Shown here: piece after piece, positions 51,898-61,160 of the stretch | Layout of the letters: each line of letters starts with the position of its first letter | Position numbering within the stretch: position 1 is the first letter of the stretch | From: an uncultured Pelagibacteraceae bacterium | GTDB lineage: Bacteria > Pseudomonadota > Alphaproteobacteria > Pelagibacterales > Pelagibacteraceae | Assembly (NCBI GenBank): GCA_902588855.1 | Contig: CACIQS010000001.1 | Span: 37,083-101,082 of the forward strand | Reading direction: 5' to 3' | DNA length: 64,000 nt | Made by a program: the position numbers and the translations under genes | Notes under the pieces: model-generated | What the model saw: the letters and a program-made list of their open reading frames with translations, nothing else | Told to the model about the DNA's origin: nothing | The model's database searches: none

Positions 51898-52737
51898 TTA
51901 ATCCACCTTAACTTTTTTGTTATTTGTGTAAATATTAAAACTGTCCCTCTTTACGAAACCTATAAGGGTAATGTCAAACTTATTAGCTAAATCGATAGCA
52001 AGACTTGTTGGCGCACCAACCCCGATCATAATACCAATATCAGTCATCAAAACCTTCTGAACTAACTCAAAATTAAGTCTCCCAGAACACGTAATAAATT
52101 GATTTTTTGGATCAAATTGCTTCTTCTCCAAAGCACAACCGATAAGTTTGTCTAATGCGTTATGTCTTCCAACATCTTCTCTAAGAGCTATCAATTTTCC
52201 ATCACTATTAAATAGACCACTAGCATGGATACCACCAGTTTTACTGAATTCAGACTGACCTTCCCTTAAAATATTAGGCGATTGAATAACTACATCTTTC
52301 GAAATTTTGGGTTCAGAGGCATTTGTTTTAGTTGTCTTAATAATTTCGAGAGCATCTAACGAAGATTTCCCGCAAACACCACAAGAAGAATTAGTTAAAA
52401 AATCTCTTTTAATTTTTGATATATTTAAATTTTCGGAATTATTGAGTGTTGCTAATATTTTATTTTGAATTTTATACTGACCAACTTTATCCCCATAACT
52501 TTCAATACTATCGATATCATTTATACTTTTTACAATTTGTTCATTGAATAGAAATCCTCTGACAAGGTCATCATCATTACTAGGAGTTCTCATAGTAATA
52601 GATAAAGTTCGTTCAATCCATTTATTTTTTTCTTTATACTTTAAAGAAATTTCTAATGGCTCTTCAATTGAAACTAAATCTTCAACATCTTCAAAATTAT
52701 TAGATGAATATTTTAAAACTTTGTATTTTGAATTCAT
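51898..52737 (-). CDS. fdhD: Formate dehydrogenase sulfurtransferase FdhD
   Basis: EEPLEI, TMRTP, SSCGVCGK, TGGIHA, EDVGRHNALDKLIG. Confidence 0.96.
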   Translation of the reverse strand: MNSKYKVLKYSSNNFEDVEDLVSIEEPLEISLKYKEKNKWIERTLSITMRTPSNDDDLVRGFLFNEQIVKSINDIDSIESYGDKVGQYKIQNKILATLNNSENLNISKIKRDFLTNSSCGVCGKSSLDALEIIKTTKTNASEPKISKDVVIQSPNILREGQSEFSKTGGIHASGLFNSDGKLIALREDVGRHNALDKLIGCALEKKQFDPKNQFITCSGRLNFELVQKVLMTDIGIMIGVGAPTSLAIDLANKFDITLIGFVKRDSFNIYTNNKKVKVD

Positions 52738-52740
52738 AAA

Positions 52741-53217
52741 TTATTTTAATGGATAATTTTTTTTCAATAAATATTTATTGATTATAATGGCTAATAATAA
52801 AATTATTATACATCCAAAAATAATTGGATTTATTAAATAATCATAAGAAGCACTCCCAATAATAACAATTATTGGATTTCCACCTGCAGGGGGATGAACA
52901 ACGTTTAATAAAATCATTAAGAACACTCCAATTCCTACTGCAAATGCAATGCTCATATAAATTGGTAGTGGAATAAAATTTACAAACAATACACCTGTTA
53001 AGGCAGTTAACAAATGTCCAAAGAAAACATTTTTTGGTTGAGCAAAAGGACTTTCAGGAAAACCAAATAATAAAACCATTGATGAACCAAATGATGCTGC
53101 AATAAAATACCCAAGAGCACTTTTGTAAGTTAGAACTGCGAGAACACCTATAGTGATTGTTGAAAAAAAACCTGCAATCAATGCTTTTTGCAATAATGGT
53201 TTTGTAATTTTAATCAT
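52741..53217 (-). CDS. HPP family membrane protein
   Basis: ASFGSS, PESPFAQPKNV, VHPPAGG. Confidence 0.9.
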   Translation of the reverse strand: MIKITKPLLQKALIAGFFSTITIGVLAVLTYKSALGYFIAASFGSSMVLLFGFPESPFAQPKNVFFGHLLTALTGVLFVNFIPLPIYMSIAFAVGIGVFLMILLNVVHPPAGGNPIIVIIGSASYDYLINPIIFGCIIILLLAIIINKYLLKKNYPLK

Positions 53218-53616
53218 TTAAATTTTTAAAGCTTTAGCAATAGTTCTTAAAGGTAAAAGCAAACATTCCTTTCTAGAAAGATTTTTTTTATCTAAAATTT
53301 CTTTAAAATCTTTCCAATGTTTTTCCATACTTACTTTTGCGTCTTCAAAAAGTTGCTCACCAACTTTTATAAATTTTTTTATATCATCAACTTTTTTTTC
53401 CTTAATTTTTCTGGACAAAAGGCTGACTGATGCCTGACAATAAACGCATGATTTACACTGATAACCCATATCTTTTACAATATCATCTTTGACAACTAAG
53501 CTTATTTCCATCTCATCACCACACAATGGATTTTTGTGTTTTGTTTTATGAGTATAGTTTTCAACAATTTTATTGTTCTCAGTATGGGCTGCTATTTCTA
53601 AAATTCTTAAATCCAT
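53218..53616 (-). CDS. IscU/SufU-like (NifU N-terminal) protein
   Basis: KNPLCGDE, CKSCVYCQAS, RKECLLLP. Confidence 0.85.
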   Translation of the reverse strand: MDLRILEIAAHTENNKIVENYTHKTKHKNPLCGDEMEISLVVKDDIVKDMGYQCKSCVYCQASVSLLSRKIKEKKVDDIKKFIKVGEQLFEDAKVSMEKHWKDFKEILDKKNLSRKECLLLPLRTIAKALKI

Positions 53617-53658
53617 TTAATTTCTTTAATTCAACTTTGAATGTTTTATATTTTATAG

Positions 53659-54264
53659 ATGGATCATAACAATATTTTAGGAACAGTGCTAGCAGGCGGT
53701 AAGTCACAAAGGTTTGGTACAGATAAATCTCAGATATTACTAGCCGATAAAATATTAATTGATTACATCTTGGCAGAAATAATTAATGAATTTAAAGAAG
53801 TATTAATAATATCTAATAATTCAATTAAATATACTAATTCAGATAAAATTTCATTAATTGGAGATTTTAAAAAAGATCTTGGTCCCTTAGGGGGAGTTCT
53901 TTCAGCAATGAAATGGGTCAAAGATCATAATAAAAACTATCAATGGATAGCAACTTTTCCTGTAGATACTCCTTTTTTTAAAAAAAAAATTTTAGAGAAA
54001 TTTATTAAACAAATTGATGAAAATCAAAGCAGCTTGTTTTTTATAAAATCAAATAATACTCGGCACAATATTTTTGGCTTATGGTCAATTAACTTGTTAG
54101 ATCAATTAGAAAATGATCTAGAAAAAGGAGTGAGGAAAGTTGAAATGTGGGCTAATAGTATTGGAGTTAAAACAATTAATATGGAGTTTCCAAATCAAGA
54201 TCCTTTCTTTAATATCAATACTAAAGAAGATTTAGAACAAGCTAAAGAATTATTAAAAAAATGA
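53659..54264 (+). CDS. mobA: Molybdenum cofactor guanylyltransferase
   Basis: LAGGKSQRFG, GPLGG, PVDTPF, FFNINT. Confidence 0.94.
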   Translation: MDHNNILGTVLAGGKSQRFGTDKSQILLADKILIDYILAEIINEFKEVLIISNNSIKYTNSDKISLIGDFKKDLGPLGGVLSAMKWVKDHNKNYQWIATFPVDTPFFKKKILEKFIKQIDENQSSLFFIKSNNTRHNIFGLWSINLLDQLENDLEKGVRKVEMWANSIGVKTINMEFPNQDPFFNINTKEDLEQAKELLKK

Positions 54265-55514
54265 TTAGTTACCATCAATCTAAGAAAATTTTAAAAAAAG
54301 CAAAAATTAAAATTAAAGATGAAATTATATTGAGTGAAAACTCTCTTAATAGAGTAATTTCAGATAATATTTATTCAAAAATCAATTATCCAGCAGGAGA
54401 TAATGCTGCATTTGATGGGTTTGCAGTTAACTCAAGAGATACTAGTAGAATTAAAAAAAATTCACCAAAACAATTTAAAATTATTGGATCTATTGCAGCA
54501 GGAACAAAATCATTAAATAAAAAAATTAAAAAATATGATGCCATTGAAATAATGACAGGTGGTATAATTCCTAAAGGTTTTGATACAATTATTCCAATAG
54601 AACAGATAACTTTTTATCCAAATAAAAATAATAAAAAATACATTTTAGTTAATCAAAAAATTAAAAAATTTAATCACGTTAGATTTTCAGGTTCAGACTT
54701 TAAAAAAGGTGAGATCGTAGTTAAAAAAAACACAATTATTCAACCAAATCATATTTTAGCTTTTAAAACTTTAGGAATTAAAAAAATTAAAGTGAAAAAA
54801 AAGATTAATATTTTATTTTTTTCAACAGGAAACGAAATTACAGATCAAGACAACATTCCAAACTGGAAAGTTAGAAACTCAAATAGTCATTATTTAAAAA
54901 ATCTTAAAGAAAACTTTTTATTTAATTTTAAAAACGGTGGTATACTCAGAGACAACCATCAAAATATTTATAAATCTCAAATTAAGAAACTTATAAATAG
55001 TGACATTGATATATTAATAACTTCAGGCGCTGTTTCAGCTGGAAAATATGACTATATTCCTAGTGTTGTTAAGACATTTAAACTATCCAATTATTTTAAA
55101 AGTGTAGCAATCCGACCAGGAAAGCCAATTTTATTTGCTAAAATTAAACAAAAACAAAAAGTAATCTTTGGTCTTCCTGGAAACCCAATGTCATCATCTG
55201 CCTGCTTTAGATTTTTTGTTATCCCTTTTATGGAGAATATCTTGGGATTAAGTGAGGAACAGCCTATTAGGGCAACCTTAAAAAATAGTTTTTCTAAAAA
55301 ACAAAAATTTACAAGGTTTGCAAAAAGTAAACTAAGCACAACTAAAAATGGAAAAATAGAAGTTGAAATTTTGCAAGGACAAGAGTCTTTTAGAGTTAAA
55401 TCTTTTGTTAAATCAAACATTTGGTCTTTGTTGCCAGCAGGAAAATCAAAATTTAAAAAAGGGGATATCTTAGATTGTTTTTTCCCCAACCACTCTAATC
55501 AAACTTTAATTTAG
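54261..55514 (+). CDS. moeA: Molybdopterin molybdotransferase
   Basis: AAFDGFAV, IMTGG, STGNE, TSGAVSAGKYD, IRPGKP, GLPGNP. Confidence 0.95.
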   Translation: MISYHQSKKILKKAKIKIKDEIILSENSLNRVISDNIYSKINYPAGDNAAFDGFAVNSRDTSRIKKNSPKQFKIIGSIAAGTKSLNKKIKKYDAIEIMTGGIIPKGFDTIIPIEQITFYPNKNNKKYILVNQKIKKFNHVRFSGSDFKKGEIVVKKNTIIQPNHILAFKTLGIKKIKVKKKINILFFSTGNEITDQDNIPNWKVRNSNSHYLKNLKENFLFNFKNGGILRDNHQNIYKSQIKKLINSDIDILITSGAVSAGKYDYIPSVVKTFKLSNYFKSVAIRPGKPILFAKIKQKQKVIFGLPGNPMSSSACFRFFVIPFMENILGLSEEQPIRATLKNSFSKKQKFTRFAKSKLSTTKNGKIEVEILQGQESFRVKSFVKSNIWSLLPAGKSKFKKGDILDCFFPNHSNQTLI

Positions 55515-55563
55515 AAACGTATTTTTGTTGTAGAAAAATCTTTTTAGAATTAGATTTCTCCAT

Positions 55564-56469
55564 ATGTTAGAGTTAAGAAATCCAAAACTTGCTGTCCCAA
55601 TTGTACTGTTTGCCGGAATTTTATGGTCATTTGGACCATTGGTTGTAAGATATATGGATAGTCCCAATCTTGCTCCTTGGCAGTATATATTTGGAAGAGG
55701 TTTAACTATTTTTATACTACTTAATCTTTATTTATTTTTTGAAGAAGGAAAAAATTTTTATAAAAATTACTATAAAATAGGATTATCAGGGATAGTTGGT
55801 GGCTCAGGTCTTGGAGTTGCAATGATCACTTTTATTTATTCGATAACAAATACTAGTGCTGCTGTTACTTTACTGTGTTTAGCTGCAATGCCTTTTTTTA
55901 CAGCTCTTTTGGCATTTTTATTTCTTAGAGAGCGGATTTCACTAAATGTTTGGATATCAATCATAATTGCAACAGCCGGTATATTAATAATGGCAATAGG
56001 TAATACAGGTGAGAAATCTTTGATAGGATTTGTATTTGGACTAACCTCATCAATAGGATTTTCAGTGTTTTCAGTTTCACTAAGATGGAGAAAAGAAACT
56101 CCTAAATTTACAACAGTTGCATTCGCTGGTTTCTTCTGTTTTGTGTTTGCATCAATTATGATTTTGTCTACTGGACAAAAGTTCTTTGCTACAAGTTATA
56201 ACAGTTCCTTATTTTCACTTCACGGGTTTCTAGTTTGTTCAGGATTAATTTTATATTCAATTGGTTCAAAAGCTATACCTGCTGCAGAATTGACATTGCT
56301 ATCTTTAACTGAGGTAGTTGGTGGAATATTTTGGGTTTGGTTACCAATTTTAGGAATTAACGAAGTGCCATCAACAAATACGATTATAGGTGGTTTTTTT
56401 CTATTTGTATCTTTATTTTACTACAGCTTAATTATGAGATGGAACAAGCGTCACATAGCACTAAATTAA
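55564..56469 (+). CDS. DMT/EamA family transporter
   Basis: About 10 transmembrane segments, FLFLRERI, LSLTEVVGG. Confidence 0.88.
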   Translation: MLELRNPKLAVPIVLFAGILWSFGPLVVRYMDSPNLAPWQYIFGRGLTIFILLNLYLFFEEGKNFYKNYYKIGLSGIVGGSGLGVAMITFIYSITNTSAAVTLLCLAAMPFFTALLAFLFLRERISLNVWISIIIATAGILIMAIGNTGEKSLIGFVFGLTSSIGFSVFSVSLRWRKETPKFTTVAFAGFFCFVFASIMILSTGQKFFATSYNSSLFSLHGFLVCSGLILYSIGSKAIPAAELTLLSLTEVVGGIFWVWLPILGINEVPSTNTIIGGFFLFVSLFYYSLIMRWNKRHIALN

Positions 56470-56475
56470 ATTTTT

Positions 56476-57693
56476 ATGGAACGACCAGATTTTTTTGAAC
56501 TTAAAAATGGTGAAAAAGTAAAATTACCATTTACAGATAAAGAATATAACAATCGAGTAAGTAAACTTAGATCTGTGATGGATAAAAATAATTTAGATAT
56601 GGTTATTTTAACATCCATGCATAACGTTGCATATTATACAGGTTTTATTTACTGTTCTTTTGGCAGACCATACGGATGTGTCATCACCCAAAATAAAATT
56701 TCAACCATTTCAGCTAATATTGATGCAAGTCAACCATGGCGTAGATCACATTGTGATAATGTTATTTATACTGATTGGAAAAGAGACAATTTTTTAAGAG
56801 CAATTGTATCAATTATTGGAAGAGACGAACCTCCTAAAAATATTGGAATTGAAAATGATCATGTCACATTGGATATGAGAGAAAAAATAGGGTCTATTTT
56901 TACTTTCTCTGTATTTACTGATGTTTCAAAAGATTTAATGAAACTTAGAATGATTAAATCTAATGAAGAAATTGAGATCATTAGAAATGGTGCAAGAATT
57001 GCGGATATTGGAGGTGAAGAAATAGCTAAAAATATTAGAGAAGAAAACACTGAGATCGAGGTAGCAATTTCAGCAAGAGATAGAATGGAAAGAGAAATTG
57101 TTAAAAGCTATCCAGGTGCAGAGTATATGGATACATGGGTATGGTTTCAATCTGGTATTAATACAGATGGAGCTCACAATCCAAAGACTAATAGAAAATT
57201 AGTTAAAGGAGATATTTTATCTTTAAATACTTTTCCTATGATATCGGGATATTATACTGCACTGGAGAGAACTTTATTTTTAGATCATGCAGATGATGAT
57301 TCACTCAAAGCTTGGGAAGCAAATGTTAAAGTTCATAAACGAGGATTAGAATTAATTAAACCAGGTGTTAAATGTTCAGATATTTGTCATGAGTTAAATG
57401 AATTGTTTGCTGAACTTGGTTACCTTCAGTACCGAACTTTTGGTTATGGTCATTCATTTGGTATGCTTTCACACTTTTATGGAAGAGAAGCTGGTTTAGA
57501 ATTAAGAGAAGACATTGATACTGTTCTTGAGGAAAATATGGTCGTTTCTATGGAGCCAATGATAATGATACCAGAAGGAAATCCTGGTGCAGGTGGATAT
57601 AGAGAGCATGATATTTTAGTGATTGGTAAAGATGGAGCAGAAAATATTACAAAATTTCCTTTCGGGCCTGAGCATAATATTATAAAAAATTAA
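56476..57693 (+). CDS. Creatinase (creatine amidinohydrolase)-like enzyme, M24 fold
   Basis: NGEKVKLPF, YCSFGRPYG, SANIDASQPWRRS, YTDWKRDN, TWVWFQSGINTDGAHNP (catalytic His), GYYTALERT, GREAGLELRED, GGYREHDIL closely follow Pseudomonas-type creatinase. Confidence 0.9.
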   Translation: MERPDFFELKNGEKVKLPFTDKEYNNRVSKLRSVMDKNNLDMVILTSMHNVAYYTGFIYCSFGRPYGCVITQNKISTISANIDASQPWRRSHCDNVIYTDWKRDNFLRAIVSIIGRDEPPKNIGIENDHVTLDMREKIGSIFTFSVFTDVSKDLMKLRMIKSNEEIEIIRNGARIADIGGEEIAKNIREENTEIEVAISARDRMEREIVKSYPGAEYMDTWVWFQSGINTDGAHNPKTNRKLVKGDILSLNTFPMISGYYTALERTLFLDHADDDSLKAWEANVKVHKRGLELIKPGVKCSDICHELNELFAELGYLQYRTFGYGHSFGMLSHFYGREAGLELREDIDTVLEENMVVSMEPMIMIPEGNPGAGGYREHDILVIGKDGAENITKFPFGPEHNIIKN

Positions 57694-57698
57694 TCTTT

Positions 57699-58814
57699 AT
57701 GAGTGAGAATAAAACTATTGTTAATAGTTGGAACGAGTGGGATCCGTTAAAACATGTTATTGTTGGAAGAGCGGATGGTACTTGTATACCAGCACCAGAG
57801 CCAGCATTAGATGCAAAAGTTCCTGAAGACAGTGATATGCGAGGTCAGTTTGGTCCAAGAACTAAAGACACTGTCGATAAAGCAAATGAATTATTAGATA
57901 ACTTTTCAAACATGCTTCAAAAAAGAGGCATTAAAGTTGATCGACCAACACCAATTGATTTTAATCAAAAAACATCAACACCAGATTGGGAAGCAGAAAC
58001 TATGTTTGGTTGTATGCCCCCAAGAGATGTTTTGTTAACTGTAGGTAATGAAATTTTAGAAGCAACAATGAGTTACAGATGTCGTTGGTTTGAATATTTA
58101 TGTTACCGACCACTACTTAAAGATTATTATAATCAAGATCCAAACATGAGACATGAGTCTGCTCCAAAACCAAGATTAACAGATGCAGATTACAGAAAAG
58201 ATTATTTATCAGATAAAATTGGTGTTCAAAAAAGATTAGAGTGGACTGAGAAAAAATATTTTGTAACTACTGAAGAAGAGCCATTGTTTGATGCAGCAGA
58301 TGTATTGAGATTTGGAAAAGACTTGGTTGTTCAACATGGATTTACAACTAATTTAAAAGGAATTGATTGGCTAAAGAGACATTATAAAGATCATAGAGTA
58401 CACGCAGTAAATTTCCCAGGAGATCCATATCCTATTCACATTGATGCAACCTTTACCCCAATAAAAGAAGGTTTAATTATAAATAATCCTCAAAGAAGAT
58501 TGCCAAAAGAACAAAGAAAACTTTTTGAGAAAAATGGTTGGGAAATTGTTGATAGTGCTCAACCAGCACATAATGAACCACCACCACTTTGCTATTCCTC
58601 AACATGGTTATCAATGAATGTTTTAGTATTAGATCCTAAAACAGTTTGTGTTGAGAAAAGTGAAATTTATCAAGCTGAGCAATTAGATAAATTAGGAATG
58701 GAAGTGGTGCCAGTTGAACTCAGAGATGCTTATGCATTTGGTGGAGGACTTCATTGCTGTACAGCAGATGTATACCGTGAAGGTGAACTAAAAGATTATT
58801 TTCCAAAACAATAA
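57699..58814 (+). CDS. Glycine amidinotransferase (AGAT)-like amidinotransferase
   Basis: VNSWNEWDPLKHVIVG, PRD, FDAAD (Asp), IHIDAT (His), LSMN, GGGLHCCTADV (Cys). Confidence 0.9.
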   Translation: MSENKTIVNSWNEWDPLKHVIVGRADGTCIPAPEPALDAKVPEDSDMRGQFGPRTKDTVDKANELLDNFSNMLQKRGIKVDRPTPIDFNQKTSTPDWEAETMFGCMPPRDVLLTVGNEILEATMSYRCRWFEYLCYRPLLKDYYNQDPNMRHESAPKPRLTDADYRKDYLSDKIGVQKRLEWTEKKYFVTTEEEPLFDAADVLRFGKDLVVQHGFTTNLKGIDWLKRHYKDHRVHAVNFPGDPYPIHIDATFTPIKEGLIINNPQRRLPKEQRKLFEKNGWEIVDSAQPAHNEPPPLCYSSTWLSMNVLVLDPKTVCVEKSEIYQAEQLDKLGMEVVPVELRDAYAFGGGLHCCTADVYREGELKDYFPKQ

Positions 58815-58816
58815 AA

Positions 58817-59866
58817 ATGGCAAAAATAAAAACAAAAAGAGAGCGAGTTAAATTCGCCTCTGATAATGTTGCGGGTGCTTGCCCTGAAGTTCTAGAGGCA
58901 ATCATTAAAGCTAATGAAGGAGACAGTACTCCATATGGCAACGATCCTTTATCAACAGAGTTACAAGATAAGTTTTGTGAAATATTTGAAAAAGAAGTAA
59001 TTATTTTTCCAACTGCATCAGGAACAGCCGCAAATGCTTTAGCATTATCAACTATGACACCTTCATATGGAAATATTTATTGCCATAAGATGTCTCATAT
59101 AAATACTGATGAATGTGGAGCACCTGAATTTTATACAGGTGGAGGAAAACTAATCCCTTTAACTGGAATAATGGGAAAAATAACTGCAGAAGAATTACAT
59201 CAATCTATAGGAGGAAAGGGAATTGTTCATCACACCCAACCTTCGTCAGTTAGCATTACTCAGGTTTGTGAAACAGGTGAAGTTTATCAATTAGATGAAA
59301 TAAAAAATATTGCAGAGATCACTCATAAACATAATCTAAATTTACACATGGATGGAGCTAGATTTGCTAATGCATTGGTATCTTTAGATGTAACTCCAGC
59401 AGAAATGACTTGGAAATCAGGCGTTGATGTACTGTCATTTGGAGCAACTAAAAATGGATGTTTAGCAGCTGAAGCAATCATATTTTTTAAGAAAGAATTA
59501 GTAGGAGATATTGCTTTTTTAATGAAAAGAGCAGGGCATTTACTATCTAAAATGCGTTTTGTCTCTGCTCAACTAGACGCCTACATTTCAAATGATGTTT
59601 GGTTAAGAAATGCAAAACATGCTAATGCAATGGGTAAAAAATTAAGTGATGGTTTAAGCAAACATAACGATATAGAAATTGCTTATCCAACAGAAGCAAA
59701 TGAAGTGTTTGCAAAGTTTCCAAGAGAAAAAATAGAACATCTTAATTCCGAAGGTTACAAAATGAATGAAGAAGAATTGGATGGTAAAGCTGTGAGATTG
59801 GTTGCTGCTTGGAATACTAAAGATAGTGATGTCGATGAATTGTTAAATACAATTAAAGCTAACTAG
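58817..59866 (+). CDS. ltaE: Low-specificity L-threonine aldolase
   Basis: FASDN, YGND, SGTAANAL, HINTDECGA, HMDGARFANA, SFGATKNG, LLSKMRF. Confidence 0.92.
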   Translation: MAKIKTKRERVKFASDNVAGACPEVLEAIIKANEGDSTPYGNDPLSTELQDKFCEIFEKEVIIFPTASGTAANALALSTMTPSYGNIYCHKMSHINTDECGAPEFYTGGGKLIPLTGIMGKITAEELHQSIGGKGIVHHTQPSSVSITQVCETGEVYQLDEIKNIAEITHKHNLNLHMDGARFANALVSLDVTPAEMTWKSGVDVLSFGATKNGCLAAEAIIFFKKELVGDIAFLMKRAGHLLSKMRFVSAQLDAYISNDVWLRNAKHANAMGKKLSDGLSKHNDIEIAYPTEANEVFAKFPREKIEHLNSEGYKMNEEELDGKAVRLVAAWNTKDSDVDELLNTIKAN

Positions 59867-60086
59867 GATTTTCTTTTAAAAACTCAATATATTTTATAAC
59901 TTCATCAAATTGTTCATCAGGAATATCTTTGTAACTTGCATTAAATTTACTTTTCACACAAATAGCAACATGAGCATACGGGTTTCTTCCTTTAGGGTGA
60001 TTTGGGTGGTCAGGTAATTGTCCGACCAAATAATCGCCAGCTTCCTGAATAATTTTCCAGAGTTTACTTGCGTTTTCTTTGTTCAT
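59859..60086 (-). CDS. Small hypothetical protein (75 aa)
   Basis: ATG-started ORF abutting the upstream gene; motif LPDHPNHPKGRNPYAHV. Confidence 0.8.
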   Translation of the reverse strand: MNKENASKLWKIIQEAGDYLVGQLPDHPNHPKGRNPYAHVAICVKSKFNASYKDIPDEQFDEVIKYIEFLKENPS

Positions 60087-61160
60087 TTATTTTGGTAACC
60101 AGGAGTTATACAAAGGATTGTCTTTATCTATTGGAAATTTAATGTTTTTATTTTGTCTGGAAGAATCGTAGACAGCAGTTACAAATTCCAAAGATTTTCT
60201 AGCATCTGATAAGGTTACCTCATCACTAATTGATCCATCTAATCTATTTGCAATTTCATCAAACATACCTGCGTACCAAGATTTTGGTTCTTCTACTTTT
60301 GATAATACTTCATCTATTTGAGCTTGAGTAACAGGTGATCTTGGTAAGAAATGCCACTCATCATCTGCTGGACTGTACGGTTTATCTGGAGATGCACCAG
60401 ACTCAGCTGTTAATCCATCAAAACAAAATCGAAGTCTGCTTGTATCGTTTGCAGCACCAAGTGTAATTGAGCTTGTAACTAAAGTTCCATTTTCCATTTC
60501 GATTGATAAAGCAGCACAATCTTCAACTTCAATATCGTTTACTCTAGTTGATAATTTAGCAAATACATTTGAAACAGGCCCCAAGATCATGCTTACTAAG
60601 TCATGAATGTGTATTGAATGACTTAATATAGCTCCACCTTGTTCACCTTCCCAAGTTCCTCGCCAAGGTTTTGAGTAATAATCTTTCCCTCTATTCCAAT
60701 GAGTTTCTAAAGAAGCAACTAAAGGTTTTCCTGCTAAACCAGATTTCATTAATGCTTTTAACTTTGAAAATCCTAGACCATATCGATATTGGAAAACTGG
60801 AAAAATAATTTTACCTGTTTCTTTACTGATCTTTTCTAATTCATCGACTTCTTTAAGACTTGATACTAATGGTTTTTCACAAATTACATGTTTTCCAGCT
60901 TCCATTACTTTTTTACAAGCTGAAAAATGTAAGTGGGGTGGAAGACATATATCAATGATATCTATTTCTTTTACTTTTAATACTTCATCAAAGTTGAGTG
61001 ATACTTTTGTTTCGTTGTCATTTGATAAAATGTTATCAATTGCTTCTCTTGTAAGCCCACATAAAGTGTGAACATTAAATCTTTCTTTAACTTTTTGAAA
61101 ATCTTCATAGTGCTTAGCACCTATGTTTGTTCCAATAATTGCTACTTGATATTTGCTCAT
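60087..61160 (-). CDS. Gfo/Idh/MocA family oxidoreductase
   Basis: ICLPPHLH, HVICEKP, FQYRYG, GGAILSHSIH. Confidence 0.92.
   Translation of the reverse strand: MSKYQVAIIGTNIGAKHYEDFQKVKERFNVHTLCGLTREAIDNILSNDNETKVSLNFDEVLKVKEIDIIDICLPPHLHFSACKKVMEAGKHVICEKPLVSSLKEVDELEKISKETGKIIFPVFQYRYGLGFSKLKALMKSGLAGKPLVASLETHWNRGKDYYSKPWRGTWEGEQGGAILSHSIHIHDLVSMILGPVSNVFAKLSTRVNDIEVEDCAALSIEMENGTLVTSSITLGAANDTSRLRFCFDGLTAESGASPDKPYSPADDEWHFLPRSPVTQAQIDEVLSKVEEPKSWYAGMFDEIANRLDGSISDEVTLSDARKSLEFVTAVYDSSRQNKNIKFPIDKDNPLYNSWLPK

Noticed and set aside
56476-57693. Possible DMSP lyase DddP or Xaa-Pro peptidase (same M24 fold)
   Set aside because: Continuous creatinase-specific motifs (YCSFGRPY, QPWRR, NTDGAHNP, GREAGLELRED) fit creatinase much better.
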